DNA of 64,000 nucleotides from an uncultured virus (IMG/VR IMGVR_UViG_3300043570_001981) (IMGVR_UViG_3300043570_001981); one strand, 5' to 3'. Positions 10,401-19,406 are shown, counted from the stretch's first letter. Numbers and translations: made by a program. The notes: generated by a model from the letters alone, not told the origin.

Positions 10401-10569
10401 AAGTAGGAGCATAAGGAATCGAGTCCATCCAAACTTCATTGGATCTGACGTTATGAGCACTTTTATATTTCTCATTACCAGCTGTATTTCCATCTTCAGT
10501 AATTACTTTACCTAAAGAGTGAAAAAATCCGGCCTTTCTTTGTAAATCTGTGTTAGTATTTCCTGCCAT
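7420..10569 (-). CDS. Tail fibre/adhesin-like structural protein, 1049 aa
   Basis: Ser/Thr/Gly-rich beta protein. Shares N-terminal and GGATAGY.LSN modules with 616..7095 and the NIIFRGG...TVWIPAP module with 10777..13965; short GTS tract. Confidence 0.75.
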   Translation of the reverse strand: MAGNTNTDLQRKAGFFHSLGKVITEDGNTAGNEKYKSAHNVRSNEVWMDSIPYAPTLASASQYSDDIVVRQIGTTASPVFLYPLTQTNYQTWFLDAGTPSPFTDGFVPSNEWVKPLIGPVDVPNSFGAPSFGYVLSLYRRDSSPSGGIPPAISYDNAFYEVDYFSGLIRFQIGNTPKDATNGLGFQFDSDAFQLLPILSKQAYIQSITTGGPRAIAWQYVGQTLNDYSFAAEVSFGTSSTIGFTQSGITYSAYILDGSLTASVLNTGTSGGATAGYFLSNTADGNFVWLPSVAGSSGTSGTSGIDGSSGTSGTSGTSGTSGTSGSSGTSGNSASVEFHNTDTISFSTQSITSGLSASASVNINSLTASVLNTGYSGGATAGYVLSNTSDGNFAWVAPGAASANLSVSDYSNGTTFSNIENIIFRGGLVTTPNYGGTAMGVLAGAPTSSNSVTVWIPAPPAAVYASHFNTVDGNTTGTVTRTLTTATVRISTPTSEGTPFETGSSPSTAWAGTNQASTTTSTPTFTTGGLVTGFSGTSSGDARVIVDVYRANGVATFSTYTTPTLYQNATHNNSAGIIVTIGSYATDDSGFPSIYTTKYKASVSVSVNMATIFAAYSLDGGRYSVRVRFITDTVTDGGSTYTATTSDVFYDTNPNTPSIGGTTSIVESTNSSNILTKHISGVEYYITGSQFEITTTDINNLNKNTQGFSSGVTKNFQITAPNYNLATTTLTAWSPSVGTFVGWLNNYDNTGITYSYTSWAISSSSTYRYRGSGAAAVSQPFDPWGTGLGISSTSSSVLIDQVSDSSTRLGESFNGETERLVRGSSTFSAWDSTATLGTSISNQTGTGPFCDACVVGGYLVRPDKYFLSAGLSTLQPNLTSYKPDKNGANPDYSGAGYQVKATYHRRWYTASALNIPSFIMTFSGTASGYSDFNAALLASQLKVYIRRISSTTGGDYGPTASPLSLHGGLYNSGSPGTPFDDGAGGVDSLGSLIRTGIGANGNIINGTFGGKSTVTGFWMELQIVDSAIKIDYINVTVTFANSTTDSAVVT

Positions 10570-10581
10570 AATCTATATATT

Positions 10582-10755
10582 TTATTCTAATTCTGAATTA
10601 TCGTGAATCGACTTTAATCTAATACAAATCTTATTGAATTCTTCTTTTGTAACATTTAGATTATAATACTTATCACCTAATTGAATAGATAAAACATATA
10701 TATCTTGACCTGTATTAGGATCTTTGAACAATTTATTAATTACTATATCAAACAT
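10582..10755 (-). CDS. Small hypothetical protein (57 aa), possible fibre chaperone
   Basis: Below track cutoff. Manual translation MFDIVINKLFKDPNTGQDIYVLSIQLGDKYYNLNVTKEEFNKICIRLKSIHDNSELE; fills the gap between two fibre genes and has an A-rich start region. Confidence 0.7.
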   Translation of the reverse strand: MFDIVINKLFKDPNTGQDIYVLSIQLGDKYYNLNVTKEEFNKICIRLKSIHDNSELE

Positions 10756-10776
10756 ATTTTTTTATTTATTTTTTAT

Positions 10777-13700
10777 TTATGAAAGTGCTATATTTGTCAT
10801 ATTCAAATTCTTTCCACTAACAGTATTTTTATATCCGATGAATAGCCAAACTTTTACCACTAATGGTGTACCAGATCCTTTTGTCCATTTAATATCTTTA
10901 GAAGCTGCTGACTTGTTCAAATGAAAATTTGAAGAATCATCACGACCAGGATAAGTATTAAAATCACCTGAAAGAAATATAAACCTATCAGGATTTGTAC
11001 TAGTACCAGAACTGTCTATACCAATCAATATAACTAAGTCTTCAGTTAATCCAGCTGATAATAAAACTCCATTATAATGTAAATCCGCTTCTGTAAAATT
11101 ACTATTTATAAAAAATGTACCATTTCCAAAACTACCACCACCCTTAGTATAAGAGGTAACATGCCATCTATATCCACTTAAAGTAACGGATGTAGTTAAA
11201 GCATTATTCAAATCAGTATAAACTGTAAATGTCTTACTCGGAGGAGCAGATAAAGAAGAATAATTAACCGAACTTGAAATATTAATCAAAGGAAAAAATG
11301 ATGTAAAATTAGTCTGAGGGAAAATAACTCTTCCGAAAATATATTGTAACTCATCTGTATTAGTCGCCAATGAAGTATTAGAGTTAAAAGCAGATGAACC
11401 ATTACCGGCTAAAACTCCACTAACAGATAATCTACTATTTTCACTATCTAAAGGATTGTTATTATAAGTAACCGAACTAGCTGCTAATGTATCAATTAAA
11501 ATTGTTTTAGAAGCAGAATTATCAGTATCTGCTAATCCATAATCATATAAATTAGCAGTAACATAAGATCCAGCAGACGAACTTATAGTATTATTAGTTG
11601 AAAACCCAGGAACATAAAGACCACTAGTAGATATTGAACCATCCTTTGAAAAAGTAAGTCCAGATTTATCCCAATCTAAAGTCCATCCTGTTATTGCACT
11701 ACCAACTCCTGCTTGACTTCCATCAGCAAATCCAGGCAAAACACTAATTCCTAAACTAACAGGAGTAAAGTCAACTTGTTTAGTTGTTGGAATAGTTATA
11801 TCATTTAATAGATTAATACCAGAAGCTGTCATTGCAAAAACACTACCAGTGTCATAAAAAGCAACACCTGAGTAATACTTCAAAGTAGGTGTTTTCTCAT
11901 CATATAGAACAGATCCTGATATGTTAGCACTTGATGAAACACCATCATTATCATAAAATATAGGAGTTGATTGAGTGAAAGCATAAACACCAGTTCCCGA
12001 ATTACCAACACCGTCACCACTATTGTTATGTATAACACCCCAAGTAAATCTTCCACCATTTGGAAATAATGTACTAACAGCGATTGCTCCACTAACATTT
12101 GCTTTATATCTATCACCATCAGCACTAAAACTATTAACTGTTATTGTTATACCATTTGATGTAGTAGACCCAACAGCATTTAAAACGTAATTACTAATTG
12201 ATGATAAACTCGAACCATCATGATTCAAAAGATTAAATGTTAATGTTGTATTTAAGTCGTAACAAGCGAATTCTGATTCAGTAAATGCGGTATGTGTAGT
12301 TAAATTAGTAACACTTCTAGTTGTTGTTATTGAAGGCGTCCAAGTTCCTGTTCCAAAGTATCCATTAGAAACAGATGAAGTATATCCATTAGTGGATGGT
12401 GTAGAAACATATCTACTATAAGCACCAGTAGGTAAACTTGGACTGAAATATCCAACATAATTAGGAGCTGGTATCCAAACCGTAACTGTAGGAGCAGCAC
12501 CAGTAACTTGGACAGCACTAGCTGTAAAAGGAGTAACAGGAACACTAACAACACCACCTCTAAATATAATATTATTTACACTACTATAAGTAATACCAGT
12601 TCCAAAATCAACAACTGATATATCTCCACCTCCACCACCTCCAGGTTGCCAAGTAGCAACACCAGAATTATCAGATGTTAAAACATATCCAGCAGAAGCT
12701 CCACTAGGTATTACAATATCAGAATTTATTGAAAATGTAGATCCAGTTATAGTAACAGCAGAACCATCGTCCATAATAGAAGATGTAGCAGTTAACATAT
12801 AAGGACTTGTCCATCTAGGCACATAATTATTTTGACCTAATCCATTGATTTCAGCAAAATAAACATTTGACCAAGTACCAACATTGAAGGATCCAGTTGG
12901 TCCAATAGTAACTGATCCATTTGTAACAACAACATGACCCATGTTGTCTATACTACCATCAATGTTCAAATCACCATAAACCCAATACTGAGTATTTGGC
13001 TTAACAATAATATTATCCTGTGGTGTTATATTATATTTTATACTACCATCATAGCTACTAGTACCACCACCACTTGATGAAGGATCTAATAATTCAAAAA
13101 ATGTTCCGTTATAAGTTACTATGTATTGATATCCTGTTTTTATTTGACCAGAATAAATATCACTTAGTATATAACCATCTGTTTTTTTAACAAGAACATG
13201 TCCTAATCCATTTACATTCAAAGATACACTAGCACTAACATTAGTATTAGTAAATTTAACAATATATAAGCTATCAGTATCATATTGATTGAATGCTGAT
13301 GTACTAGTAGCTGAATAACTACCTCCTCCTGTTTGAGTTGCAACTAAACGTCTAACTTGACTTTCTTTTTCTTTCTGCCATCCACCACCAGAAGTATAAA
13401 TACCCTCATATCTATAAATAGCATTATCTTCATCATCAACTCTAACAGACATACCATTTGTTGGGTATGTAAGTTCCCAATTTGATATTGATGAGTTCCA
13501 TTGAGCAACAAATCCAGGTGTTTCTGGTAACCAATTTGTACCAGTAATAGAATCTGATTGATTTCTACCAACTAAGTATCTATCTCCATTAGAAGGAGAA
13601 ACAGGCTCAGAAAAAGAAACTGTTAAAACAGAATCTAACCACTCACCACCACCAGAACCACCAGAACCACTAAACTCTTTCCAGTTTAAATTATCTGTTA

Positions 13701-13965
13701 ATGTAGTGGATGAGTATCCATAAGTTAATTGATATGTTTTATTATTAGCAGGAGTAGTATCGTTATAAATAACAACTAACATACCCCAGTCTCTTCTCTC
13801 AACGATTAAAGAATCTCTTTCAGCTATTGTTTCATAGCTATGTAAAGCGCCTTTAATCTCATTAGAAAAAACGGTTGCTATCGTTTGTAATGGATCAGCA
13901 GGTCTTATAGAAGACGCTATTATCGTTCCTGAATATCCACCATTACTATTTGTTCCGTATGCCAT
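10777..13965 (-). CDS. Tail fibre/adhesin-like structural protein, 1062 aa
   Basis: N-terminal fibre-type motifs (TIAERDSL...GMLV; P.SP..GDRYLVG...W...PTNGM.V.V.DE, DUF2793-like) followed by beta-rich domains. Confidence 0.75.
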   Translation of the reverse strand: MAYGTNSNGGYSGTIIASSIRPADPLQTIATVFSNEIKGALHSYETIAERDSLIVERRDWGMLVVIYNDTTPANNKTYQLTYGYSSTTLTDNLNWKEFSGSGGSGGGEWLDSVLTVSFSEPVSPSNGDRYLVGRNQSDSITGTNWLPETPGFVAQWNSSISNWELTYPTNGMSVRVDDEDNAIYRYEGIYTSGGGWQKEKESQVRRLVATQTGGGSYSATSTSAFNQYDTDSLYIVKFTNTNVSASVSLNVNGLGHVLVKKTDGYILSDIYSGQIKTGYQYIVTYNGTFFELLDPSSSGGGTSSYDGSIKYNITPQDNIIVKPNTQYWVYGDLNIDGSIDNMGHVVVTNGSVTIGPTGSFNVGTWSNVYFAEINGLGQNNYVPRWTSPYMLTATSSIMDDGSAVTITGSTFSINSDIVIPSGASAGYVLTSDNSGVATWQPGGGGGGDISVVDFGTGITYSSVNNIIFRGGVVSVPVTPFTASAVQVTGAAPTVTVWIPAPNYVGYFSPSLPTGAYSRYVSTPSTNGYTSSVSNGYFGTGTWTPSITTTRSVTNLTTHTAFTESEFACYDLNTTLTFNLLNHDGSSLSSISNYVLNAVGSTTSNGITITVNSFSADGDRYKANVSGAIAVSTLFPNGGRFTWGVIHNNSGDGVGNSGTGVYAFTQSTPIFYDNDGVSSSANISGSVLYDEKTPTLKYYSGVAFYDTGSVFAMTASGINLLNDITIPTTKQVDFTPVSLGISVLPGFADGSQAGVGSAITGWTLDWDKSGLTFSKDGSISTSGLYVPGFSTNNTISSSAGSYVTANLYDYGLADTDNSASKTILIDTLAASSVTYNNNPLDSENSRLSVSGVLAGNGSSAFNSNTSLATNTDELQYIFGRVIFPQTNFTSFFPLINISSSVNYSSLSAPPSKTFTVYTDLNNALTTSVTLSGYRWHVTSYTKGGGSFGNGTFFINSNFTEADLHYNGVLLSAGLTEDLVILIGIDSSGTSTNPDRFIFLSGDFNTYPGRDDSSNFHLNKSAASKDIKWTKGSGTPLVVKVWLFIGYKNTVSGKNLNMTNIALS

Positions 13966-13983
13966 TTTTTTGTTATGTTATTT

Positions 13984-14955
13984 TTATGTTATTACATATG
14001 TAAATGTGTTTGGTGCTTGTGTATTTCCAAATACCCAAACATCATAAGTGGTTCCACTATAGCTATTTTGATTAGTAAACGTAACATTACTTCTTGTTTT
14101 TATCCAGTTATTATTACCAAATCCACCAATTGAAACATGTGGAGGATTTGTTGATAAATTAACAGCATTGTTAGGCCAAATAAACACGACATAATCAAAA
14201 TTTGTTGTTATAGATCTTGTTTGTGTATAACCACTACCCAATTCATTACTCAAAGATGTAATATCAGCATGTGAAAAAGTTGAACTAGAGATTGTAGTCA
14301 AAGCATGACCCGATGGTAAGGTTCCCCAATACCTTCTATTATCCCAATAAACATAAGTCAATGCAGTTACTGTATTTGGAGTAGGAGTATTACTATCAGT
14401 AACGTCTATACTAAATGTTGTATTTGTATTTGTAACAGCCGTTGTTGGAAATGTTCCAGTTTGAGTATTTCCAGTAACAACAACATTTTGAATAGATCCA
14501 CCATTTTTCTTTAAAGTTATAAAAGTAAGTGTTTTTGTATTTTTAGTTGCGGTCCAAGATAAAGTTACTGCATTTGAAGAACCATATTCTCTAGAATTAC
14601 CACCCGATAATGCAGCATATGGATAAACATAAGGATATAATAATTTATCCCACATTTCTTGCATACTAGCACCACTGAAAGTAGATCCTGGTGGTATACC
14701 AGATAAATTAGAAGCAACTGATGGACTTAAATTTGTATAAAATGAAGAAGCAGATGCTGATTGACTAGCAGTAATTTGCACATCAGATATTTTCTCCCAT
14801 AAAGTGTATATCGAATTTCTAACATTCTTAGCTTGAATCAGATTAGCCGTATTATCTGGCATCTGAAACAAAAGCTCTTGTATCGTAGAATACGCGACAG
14901 CTGACGCACTACCTCCATCAGGAGCTGGGGGTCCAGAAAATGTTCCTATTATCAT
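13984..14955 (-). CDS. Virion structural protein (Thr-rich, Ig-like)
   Basis: GIPPGSTF...QEMWDKLLYPY motif followed by VTLSWT Ig-like strands; first gene of the fibre operon, behind TAATATATA at 14976-14984. Confidence 0.6.
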   Translation of the reverse strand: MIIGTFSGPPAPDGGSASAVAYSTIQELLFQMPDNTANLIQAKNVRNSIYTLWEKISDVQITASQSASASSFYTNLSPSVASNLSGIPPGSTFSGASMQEMWDKLLYPYVYPYAALSGGNSREYGSSNAVTLSWTATKNTKTLTFITLKKNGGSIQNVVVTGNTQTGTFPTTAVTNTNTTFSIDVTDSNTPTPNTVTALTYVYWDNRRYWGTLPSGHALTTISSSTFSHADITSLSNELGSGYTQTRSITTNFDYVVFIWPNNAVNLSTNPPHVSIGGFGNNNWIKTRSNVTFTNQNSYSGTTYDVWVFGNTQAPNTFTYVIT

Positions 14956-15001
14956 TTAAATCTATCTATTTTTATTATATATTAAATCTGAAGAATCTTT
15001 A

Positions 15002-15033
15002 TTTGTAGTTTGTTAAAAAATATAGTATATTTG
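15002..15033 (+). promoter_or_regulatory. Bacteroidota-type primary sigma promoter (-33/-7), early
   Basis: TTTG (15002-15005), 20-nt spacer, TATATTTG (15026-15033); matches the TTTG-N19-21-TAnnTTTG consensus. Confidence 0.8.
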
Positions 15034-15050
15034 TAAAAATAATCTTAAAG

Positions 15051-16229
15051 ATGGAAGAACTATTAAAACTAATTAATGAAAAATCACCAGGATCTAAACC
15101 TTTATATTTGGTAATTAGGGGTTCACACGCCTATGGTACAAATATTGAAACTTCTGATACTGATTATTCTGGTATTTTTATTCAATCTGAAGAAGACATT
15201 CTAGGAAATAAATATGTTGAACAAATTAATGATGATAAGAATGATACTGTAATTTATGAAATTCGTAGATTTCTTGAACTATTAGGTAGTAACAATCCTA
15301 CTGTACTTGAATTACTTAACACTCCAGAAGATTGTGTTATTTATAAAGATCCTATTTTTGATTTAGTTCTAAATGATAGAGAAAAGTTTATCACTAAAAT
15401 TTGTGCTAAATCTTTAGGTGGTTATGCTAAACAACAAATTAGTAAGGCAAAAGGTCAAAATAAAAAACAAAACTGGGAAAAAGATAAAGTAACTCGTAAA
15501 GAAGTTCTTGATTTTGTTTATGTTATTGAAGGTGAAAAATCTATTCCTTGGAAAGTTTGGAATGATGATAGATATGAAGAAAAATTTATTGGCGTTGTAA
15601 ATGTTCCAAATGCTAGAGATATTTATGCGGTTTATTTTGACAAAGATGCTTTTTGTATGTTTTCTGAAAGTATATCAGAACATACTCGGAAAACTTTAAT
15701 TGAAGTTCGAAAAGAATCTGGAAGTCCTATGGGATTTGGTTACAAAGGTTTAGTTAAAACTAATGAAGGTATTAACTCTACTGAATCAAATGCTCTTAGG
15801 TTATCTTCTATTCCAAAAGATGAAAAACCTATTTGTGTTGTTACTTATAATAAAGATGGTTACACTCAACATTGTAATGATTATAAATCTTATCAAACTT
15901 GGTTAGAACAAAGAAATGAAGCTCGATGGGTTGATGTTCAATCACATGGTCAAAAGATTGATGGTAAGAATATGATGCACTGTATAAGACTTATTCAAAT
16001 GTCTCGTGAAATTGCTGAAGGTAAAGGTATTATTGTTCGTAGACCAAATGCTAAGGAATTGATTTCTATTAGAAAAGGAGAAGTTGATTTACAAACTTTA
16101 ATTGATAAAGTTGAGAAAGAAATTGTAGAAATTGATAAACTTTTTGAAGAATCTAACCTACCAGATATGGTGAATAATCAACTTATTCACAATTTAATAG
16201 TAAAAATAAGAAAACAAATATATAAATAA
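15051..16229 (+). CDS. Pol-beta superfamily nucleotidyltransferase (T4 NrdC.11/RlaP-like)
   Basis: GSHAYGTNIETSDTDYSGIF motif, NPTVLELL, and C-terminal DGKNMMHCIRL...ELISIRKG. Confidence 0.85.
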   Translation: MEELLKLINEKSPGSKPLYLVIRGSHAYGTNIETSDTDYSGIFIQSEEDILGNKYVEQINDDKNDTVIYEIRRFLELLGSNNPTVLELLNTPEDCVIYKDPIFDLVLNDREKFITKICAKSLGGYAKQQISKAKGQNKKQNWEKDKVTRKEVLDFVYVIEGEKSIPWKVWNDDRYEEKFIGVVNVPNARDIYAVYFDKDAFCMFSESISEHTRKTLIEVRKESGSPMGFGYKGLVKTNEGINSTESNALRLSSIPKDEKPICVVTYNKDGYTQHCNDYKSYQTWLEQRNEARWVDVQSHGQKIDGKNMMHCIRLIQMSREIAEGKGIIVRRPNAKELISIRKGEVDLQTLIDKVEKEIVEIDKLFEESNLPDMVNNQLIHNLIVKIRKQIYK

Positions 16230-16858
16230 TGGGAGTTTTAGGAATAATATCTATATTCGTGGGTGGATTTTTTGTTGGATATCTTTTTAAGTTATGGTCT
16301 GATAAATTAACAGACAAAGTTAATAATCTTAGAGAGATTAAGGATAAAAATGATCAGTATGAAAAAGTATATCAAAATATCATAAACAAAAAGTCTAGAT
16401 TTAAGACAAGAATTAACAATACCGTTTATATAGGAACTAAACTTCCAGATTATGGAAGAGTTTCTATTGCTTATCTTTTAGATAAAAATGATATTGCAAT
16501 ATTCAAGGATGATAAATGTATTATAACTTCTGATTCAGTTAGTAAAGACGTAGTTAATAATATAATAAAAGAAATTAACTATCGACACGGATACAGAATA
16601 GATGATATAGTTGAAGTTTTAGGTTTTATTTTCTATAGACCAGATTTTGAAAAAAATTTCAATGTTAATTTTCAAGACATTAAAGAAAGAGCTATGAAAA
16701 TTTCTAGAGAAATGGGTGATTTATCTGACATTGATAAAATACATAAAAGAAATAAAAAAAGATTTGATATTGATGAAATATTAGACAAGATTAATAAAGT
16801 AGGTATCGAAAATCTAACAAATGAAGAAAAAGAATTTTTAAACAATTTCAATAAATAA
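16229..16858 (+). CDS. Membrane-anchored hypothetical protein with IDEILDKI..G...LT..EK.FL tail
   Basis: N-terminal hydrophobic helix; C-terminal motif shared with 21200..21631 and 34737..35249. Confidence 0.75.
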   Translation: MGVLGIISIFVGGFFVGYLFKLWSDKLTDKVNNLREIKDKNDQYEKVYQNIINKKSRFKTRINNTVYIGTKLPDYGRVSIAYLLDKNDIAIFKDDKCIITSDSVSKDVVNNIIKEINYRHGYRIDDIVEVLGFIFYRPDFEKNFNVNFQDIKERAMKISREMGDLSDIDKIHKRNKKRFDIDEILDKINKVGIENLTNEEKEFLNNFNK

Positions 16859-16860
16859 TA

Positions 16861-17082
16861 ATGAGTGATTTTAAAATTAGAAGTTATGAATCTGTAATGA
16901 AGGAAACTTACAACAGAGTTGAATCTAATAAATGTTTTGATATAAAATTAAAACCGTATAAAAAAGATTTCTTAGAGAAGGTACTTTTCTATTTTGAAGA
17001 AAAAGAAGAATTTGAAAAGTGTATGGTTATAAATAATTTTATAAATCAAAGATTTAATCACAAATTAAATTATACAAAATAA
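16861..17082 (+). CDS. Small protein with UVR-like (UvrB/C) helical motif
   Basis: LFYFEEKEEFEKCMVI resembles the A...E.YE.AA.I UVR hairpin. Confidence 0.55.
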   Translation: MSDFKIRSYESVMKETYNRVESNKCFDIKLKPYKKDFLEKVLFYFEEKEEFEKCMVINNFINQRFNHKLNYTK

Positions 17083-17115
17083 AAAGAGGGAAGTGTTTAT
17101 CTTCCCTCTTTTTTT
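17081..17115. terminator. Bidirectional intrinsic terminator
   Basis: AAAAAGAGGGAAG-tgtttat-CTTCCCTCTTTTTTT between convergent genes. Confidence 0.85.
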
Positions 17116-17132
17116 ATAAATTAATTTTTTAA

Positions 17133-17966
17133 TTATTTAAGTAAAGCATAATACTCATTAAAATGTTTGATACGATCATCTAAACCAATTGTACCACCAT
17201 TTACTCTTTTTGTAACCGCAGTTACTGTAGCTGTATCAGCACCTTTATCACAAATTGACCATAATTTATTTGAATCAAAGAAGAAAGCCGCAGATGCTAA
17301 TGGATATTTAGTTGCTACTAAATCTGGATTAGCAATTGTATCTTCACCAATAAATTTAGCAAAGTTAGTATAGTTTGATTTTCCAGTTAATTGTATATAA
17401 CCTCTTCCTCTGAATTTATAACCTTCTTTAGAAGCCTCATCTCCATTACCCATTCTTGATCCATAAACTCTAGAAGCAATCATTTCTGGTTTTCTTTCAT
17501 ACTGAGCCGCTGTTGTAGAGTTGAAATATTTACCAAATGTTCCTACTAAACCTTTTGCTGAATAATTTAAGTTTTCAGAAACTGCTTTGAATCCTCCACT
17601 TTCGTGACCACACTGAGCTAAGAAATGAGCTAATCTTAGTGGGTTAGTAATATTAAATTTTGTTGCTGTATCAGGTATTTGAGCAATAACAGCATCAGGA
17701 ACGTGTCCTTTTAATTTTTCTAGTTTAAATTGACTTGGGGGAATAACAACATTAGAAACTGGAGTTGCAACTGGTGTTGAAACACCACCGAACATTTTAC
17801 TCCAAGTACCATCTCCTACTACTCCATCAGCTGTTATACCATTAGCAGATTGCCAAGATTTAACAGCCTTTTCAGTTCCTGGTCCAAATGAACCGTCAGC
17901 TGATAATCCCAATTTTTCTTGAAGTTGTTTCACTTCATTTCCTTTAGATCCTACTTTTAATAACAT
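17133..17966 (-). CDS. Endolysin: peptidoglycan-binding domain + GH19 catalytic domain
   Basis: LKVGSKG..VK.LQ..LG...DG.FG..TE.AVK.WQ..NG...DGVVG..TW; HFLAQCGHESGGF, ENLNYS, FRGRGYIQLTGKSNY, TKRVNGG..GL.DR. Confidence 0.92.
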   Translation of the reverse strand: MLLKVGSKGNEVKQLQEKLGLSADGSFGPGTEKAVKSWQSANGITADGVVGDGTWSKMFGGVSTPVATPVSNVVIPPSQFKLEKLKGHVPDAVIAQIPDTATKFNITNPLRLAHFLAQCGHESGGFKAVSENLNYSAKGLVGTFGKYFNSTTAAQYERKPEMIASRVYGSRMGNGDEASKEGYKFRGRGYIQLTGKSNYTNFAKFIGEDTIANPDLVATKYPLASAAFFFDSNKLWSICDKGADTATVTAVTKRVNGGTIGLDDRIKHFNEYYALLK

Positions 17967-18101
17967 ATATTTAATTTTATTTTGATTTATATATTAGTAA
18001 GAAATATCGAAAAAATGGTAAAATCGACTATAAGTCAATAAAGACAAGTAAATTAATATTAATATAATTAGTGTTAAGAGATTATCATGATGTTACATGA
18101 T

Positions 18102-18830
18102 TTAGATAATCCAGATAAAATTCTTACCTTGATTAACAGGAGCTGCTGAATCTTTTTCTTTTTGATATTCACCACCTAATAAATCAGATATTGTTTTAAT
18201 TAAAAACTCAGGAGTAAAAATATCAAACATTTTATTTTCAAAAGCTTCTTCTTTAACTAAATCAGATAGATTAATAGATATACTATCAGTTAAAGCAATT
18301 TTAGATTTAGATAATTCGGTATATAAATGATCAATCATATTTCCCTCAATTATTTCTAAGTCTTCTTTAGAGTAAATAACAACCTCAACATCATTATTAT
18401 TCCAATCATTTATTTTGAATATGTGTTTATCAGCATCTATAATATCAATATCACCTAAGTTAGTATCAAAATGGTCAGCTAAAACTTTTTCTTGAGAAGA
18501 AGTAGCCTTTTCAATTCCTTTATAAAGACATTGCTTCATTGAATGAATTTTGAATTCTTCAGATTCAAACATTTTAAATGATTCAAATGTAATGACACCG
18601 TCTTGTTCCATACTATCTCTATCTTCAATTATATCTTTTAAGATAACGGCAGCACCTTTGATATCTTTAAGTTTATTTCTTTCTAAGAATTTATTAAATC
18701 TTTCAGAACCAGGTTGTAAATATCTTTTAAGATTAGAAGGTCTAACTTTCCACTTATCTAAATAATCATCTACTAAACCGTTAATAACCTGGTAGTATCT
18801 ATTAGCATCTTCTCTATTATTAATTGACAT
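18102..18830 (-). CDS. Hypothetical protein
   Basis: 242-aa ORF with phage-like composition; internal ITFESFKMFES motif. Confidence 0.7.
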   Translation of the reverse strand: MSINNREDANRYYQVINGLVDDYLDKWKVRPSNLKRYLQPGSERFNKFLERNKLKDIKGAAVILKDIIEDRDSMEQDGVITFESFKMFESEEFKIHSMKQCLYKGIEKATSSQEKVLADHFDTNLGDIDIIDADKHIFKINDWNNNDVEVVIYSKEDLEIIEGNMIDHLYTELSKSKIALTDSISINLSDLVKEEAFENKMFDIFTPEFLIKTISDLLGGEYQKEKDSAAPVNQGKNFIWII

Positions 18831-18835
18831 ATTAT

Positions 18836-19042
18836 TTATTGATTTTTAGATAATTCATTCCACTCTTCTTCATGTAACTCTTCTACTTCATCAGAATCAC
18901 AAAATTTACAACAATCACATTCTACATCTGATTTCCAGATGTTATCACATTCATCACAAGAATAGTAACAAGTGCTCTCACTTATTTCTTCTGGTTGAAT
19001 TTCAGAAAATTCAAAATTTTCAAACTTTTTTATATTTTTCAT
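18836..19042 (-). CDS. Small zinc-ribbon protein with capsid-targeting-like N-terminus
   Basis: Starts MKNIKKFENF; CDEC...CKFC; TAATATATA at 19069-19077. Confidence 0.7.
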   Translation of the reverse strand: MKNIKKFENFEFSEIQPEEISESTCYYSCDECDNIWKSDVECDCCKFCDSDEVEELHEEEWNELSKNQ

Positions 19043-19206
19043 AAATATTTATTATATTTGTATTGAAGTATATATTAAAAAATATTTTACAAAATATTAA
19101 AACAACAAATATGATTTTTGATATATAATATCTGAAATAGAAAACAAACAATTTACAAAACAACACAAATTATTTACAAAAAAAAACAAACAAACAAAAA
19201 ACAATT

Positions 19207-19386
19207 ATGAAAAAAATCACGTTCATGCTTTTAGCATCAGCAACAATTTTCTTAGCTTCTTGTACATCAGGAGCAGAAAAAACAGAAACAACATCTACTG
19301 ACTCTACAGCAGTAGTATTAGATTCAACAGCTACAATTTGTGACTCAACTTGCGTAGCAGTTGACACAGCTACTGTAGCTAAGTAA
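19207..19386 (+). CDS. Small lipoprotein (59 aa)
   Basis: Below track cutoff. MKKITFMLLASATIFLASC|TSGAEKTETTSTDSTAVVLDSTATICDSTCVAVDTATVAK: basic N-terminus, hydrophobic core, lipobox LASC; followed by a terminator. Confidence 0.85.
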   Translation: MKKITFMLLASATIFLASCTSGAEKTETTSTDSTAVVLDSTATICDSTCVAVDTATVAK

Positions 19387-19406
19387 TCAAAATGATACTT
19401 ATAAAC

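Noticed and set aside
616..14955. Diversity-generating retroelement acting on the fibre genes
   Set aside because: No reverse transcriptase and no template/variable repeat pair differing only at adenines were seen in this window.
17967..18101. Longer intergenic gaps (also 57378-57497 and 62753-62871) as tRNA or ncRNA genes
   Set aside because: AT-rich with no cloverleaf, T-loop consensus or stable stems that I could see; largely explained by promoters.
19170..19367. Minus-strand 65-aa ORF
   Set aside because: Antisense shadow of the plus-strand lipoprotein 19207..19386, which has a lipobox and terminator.
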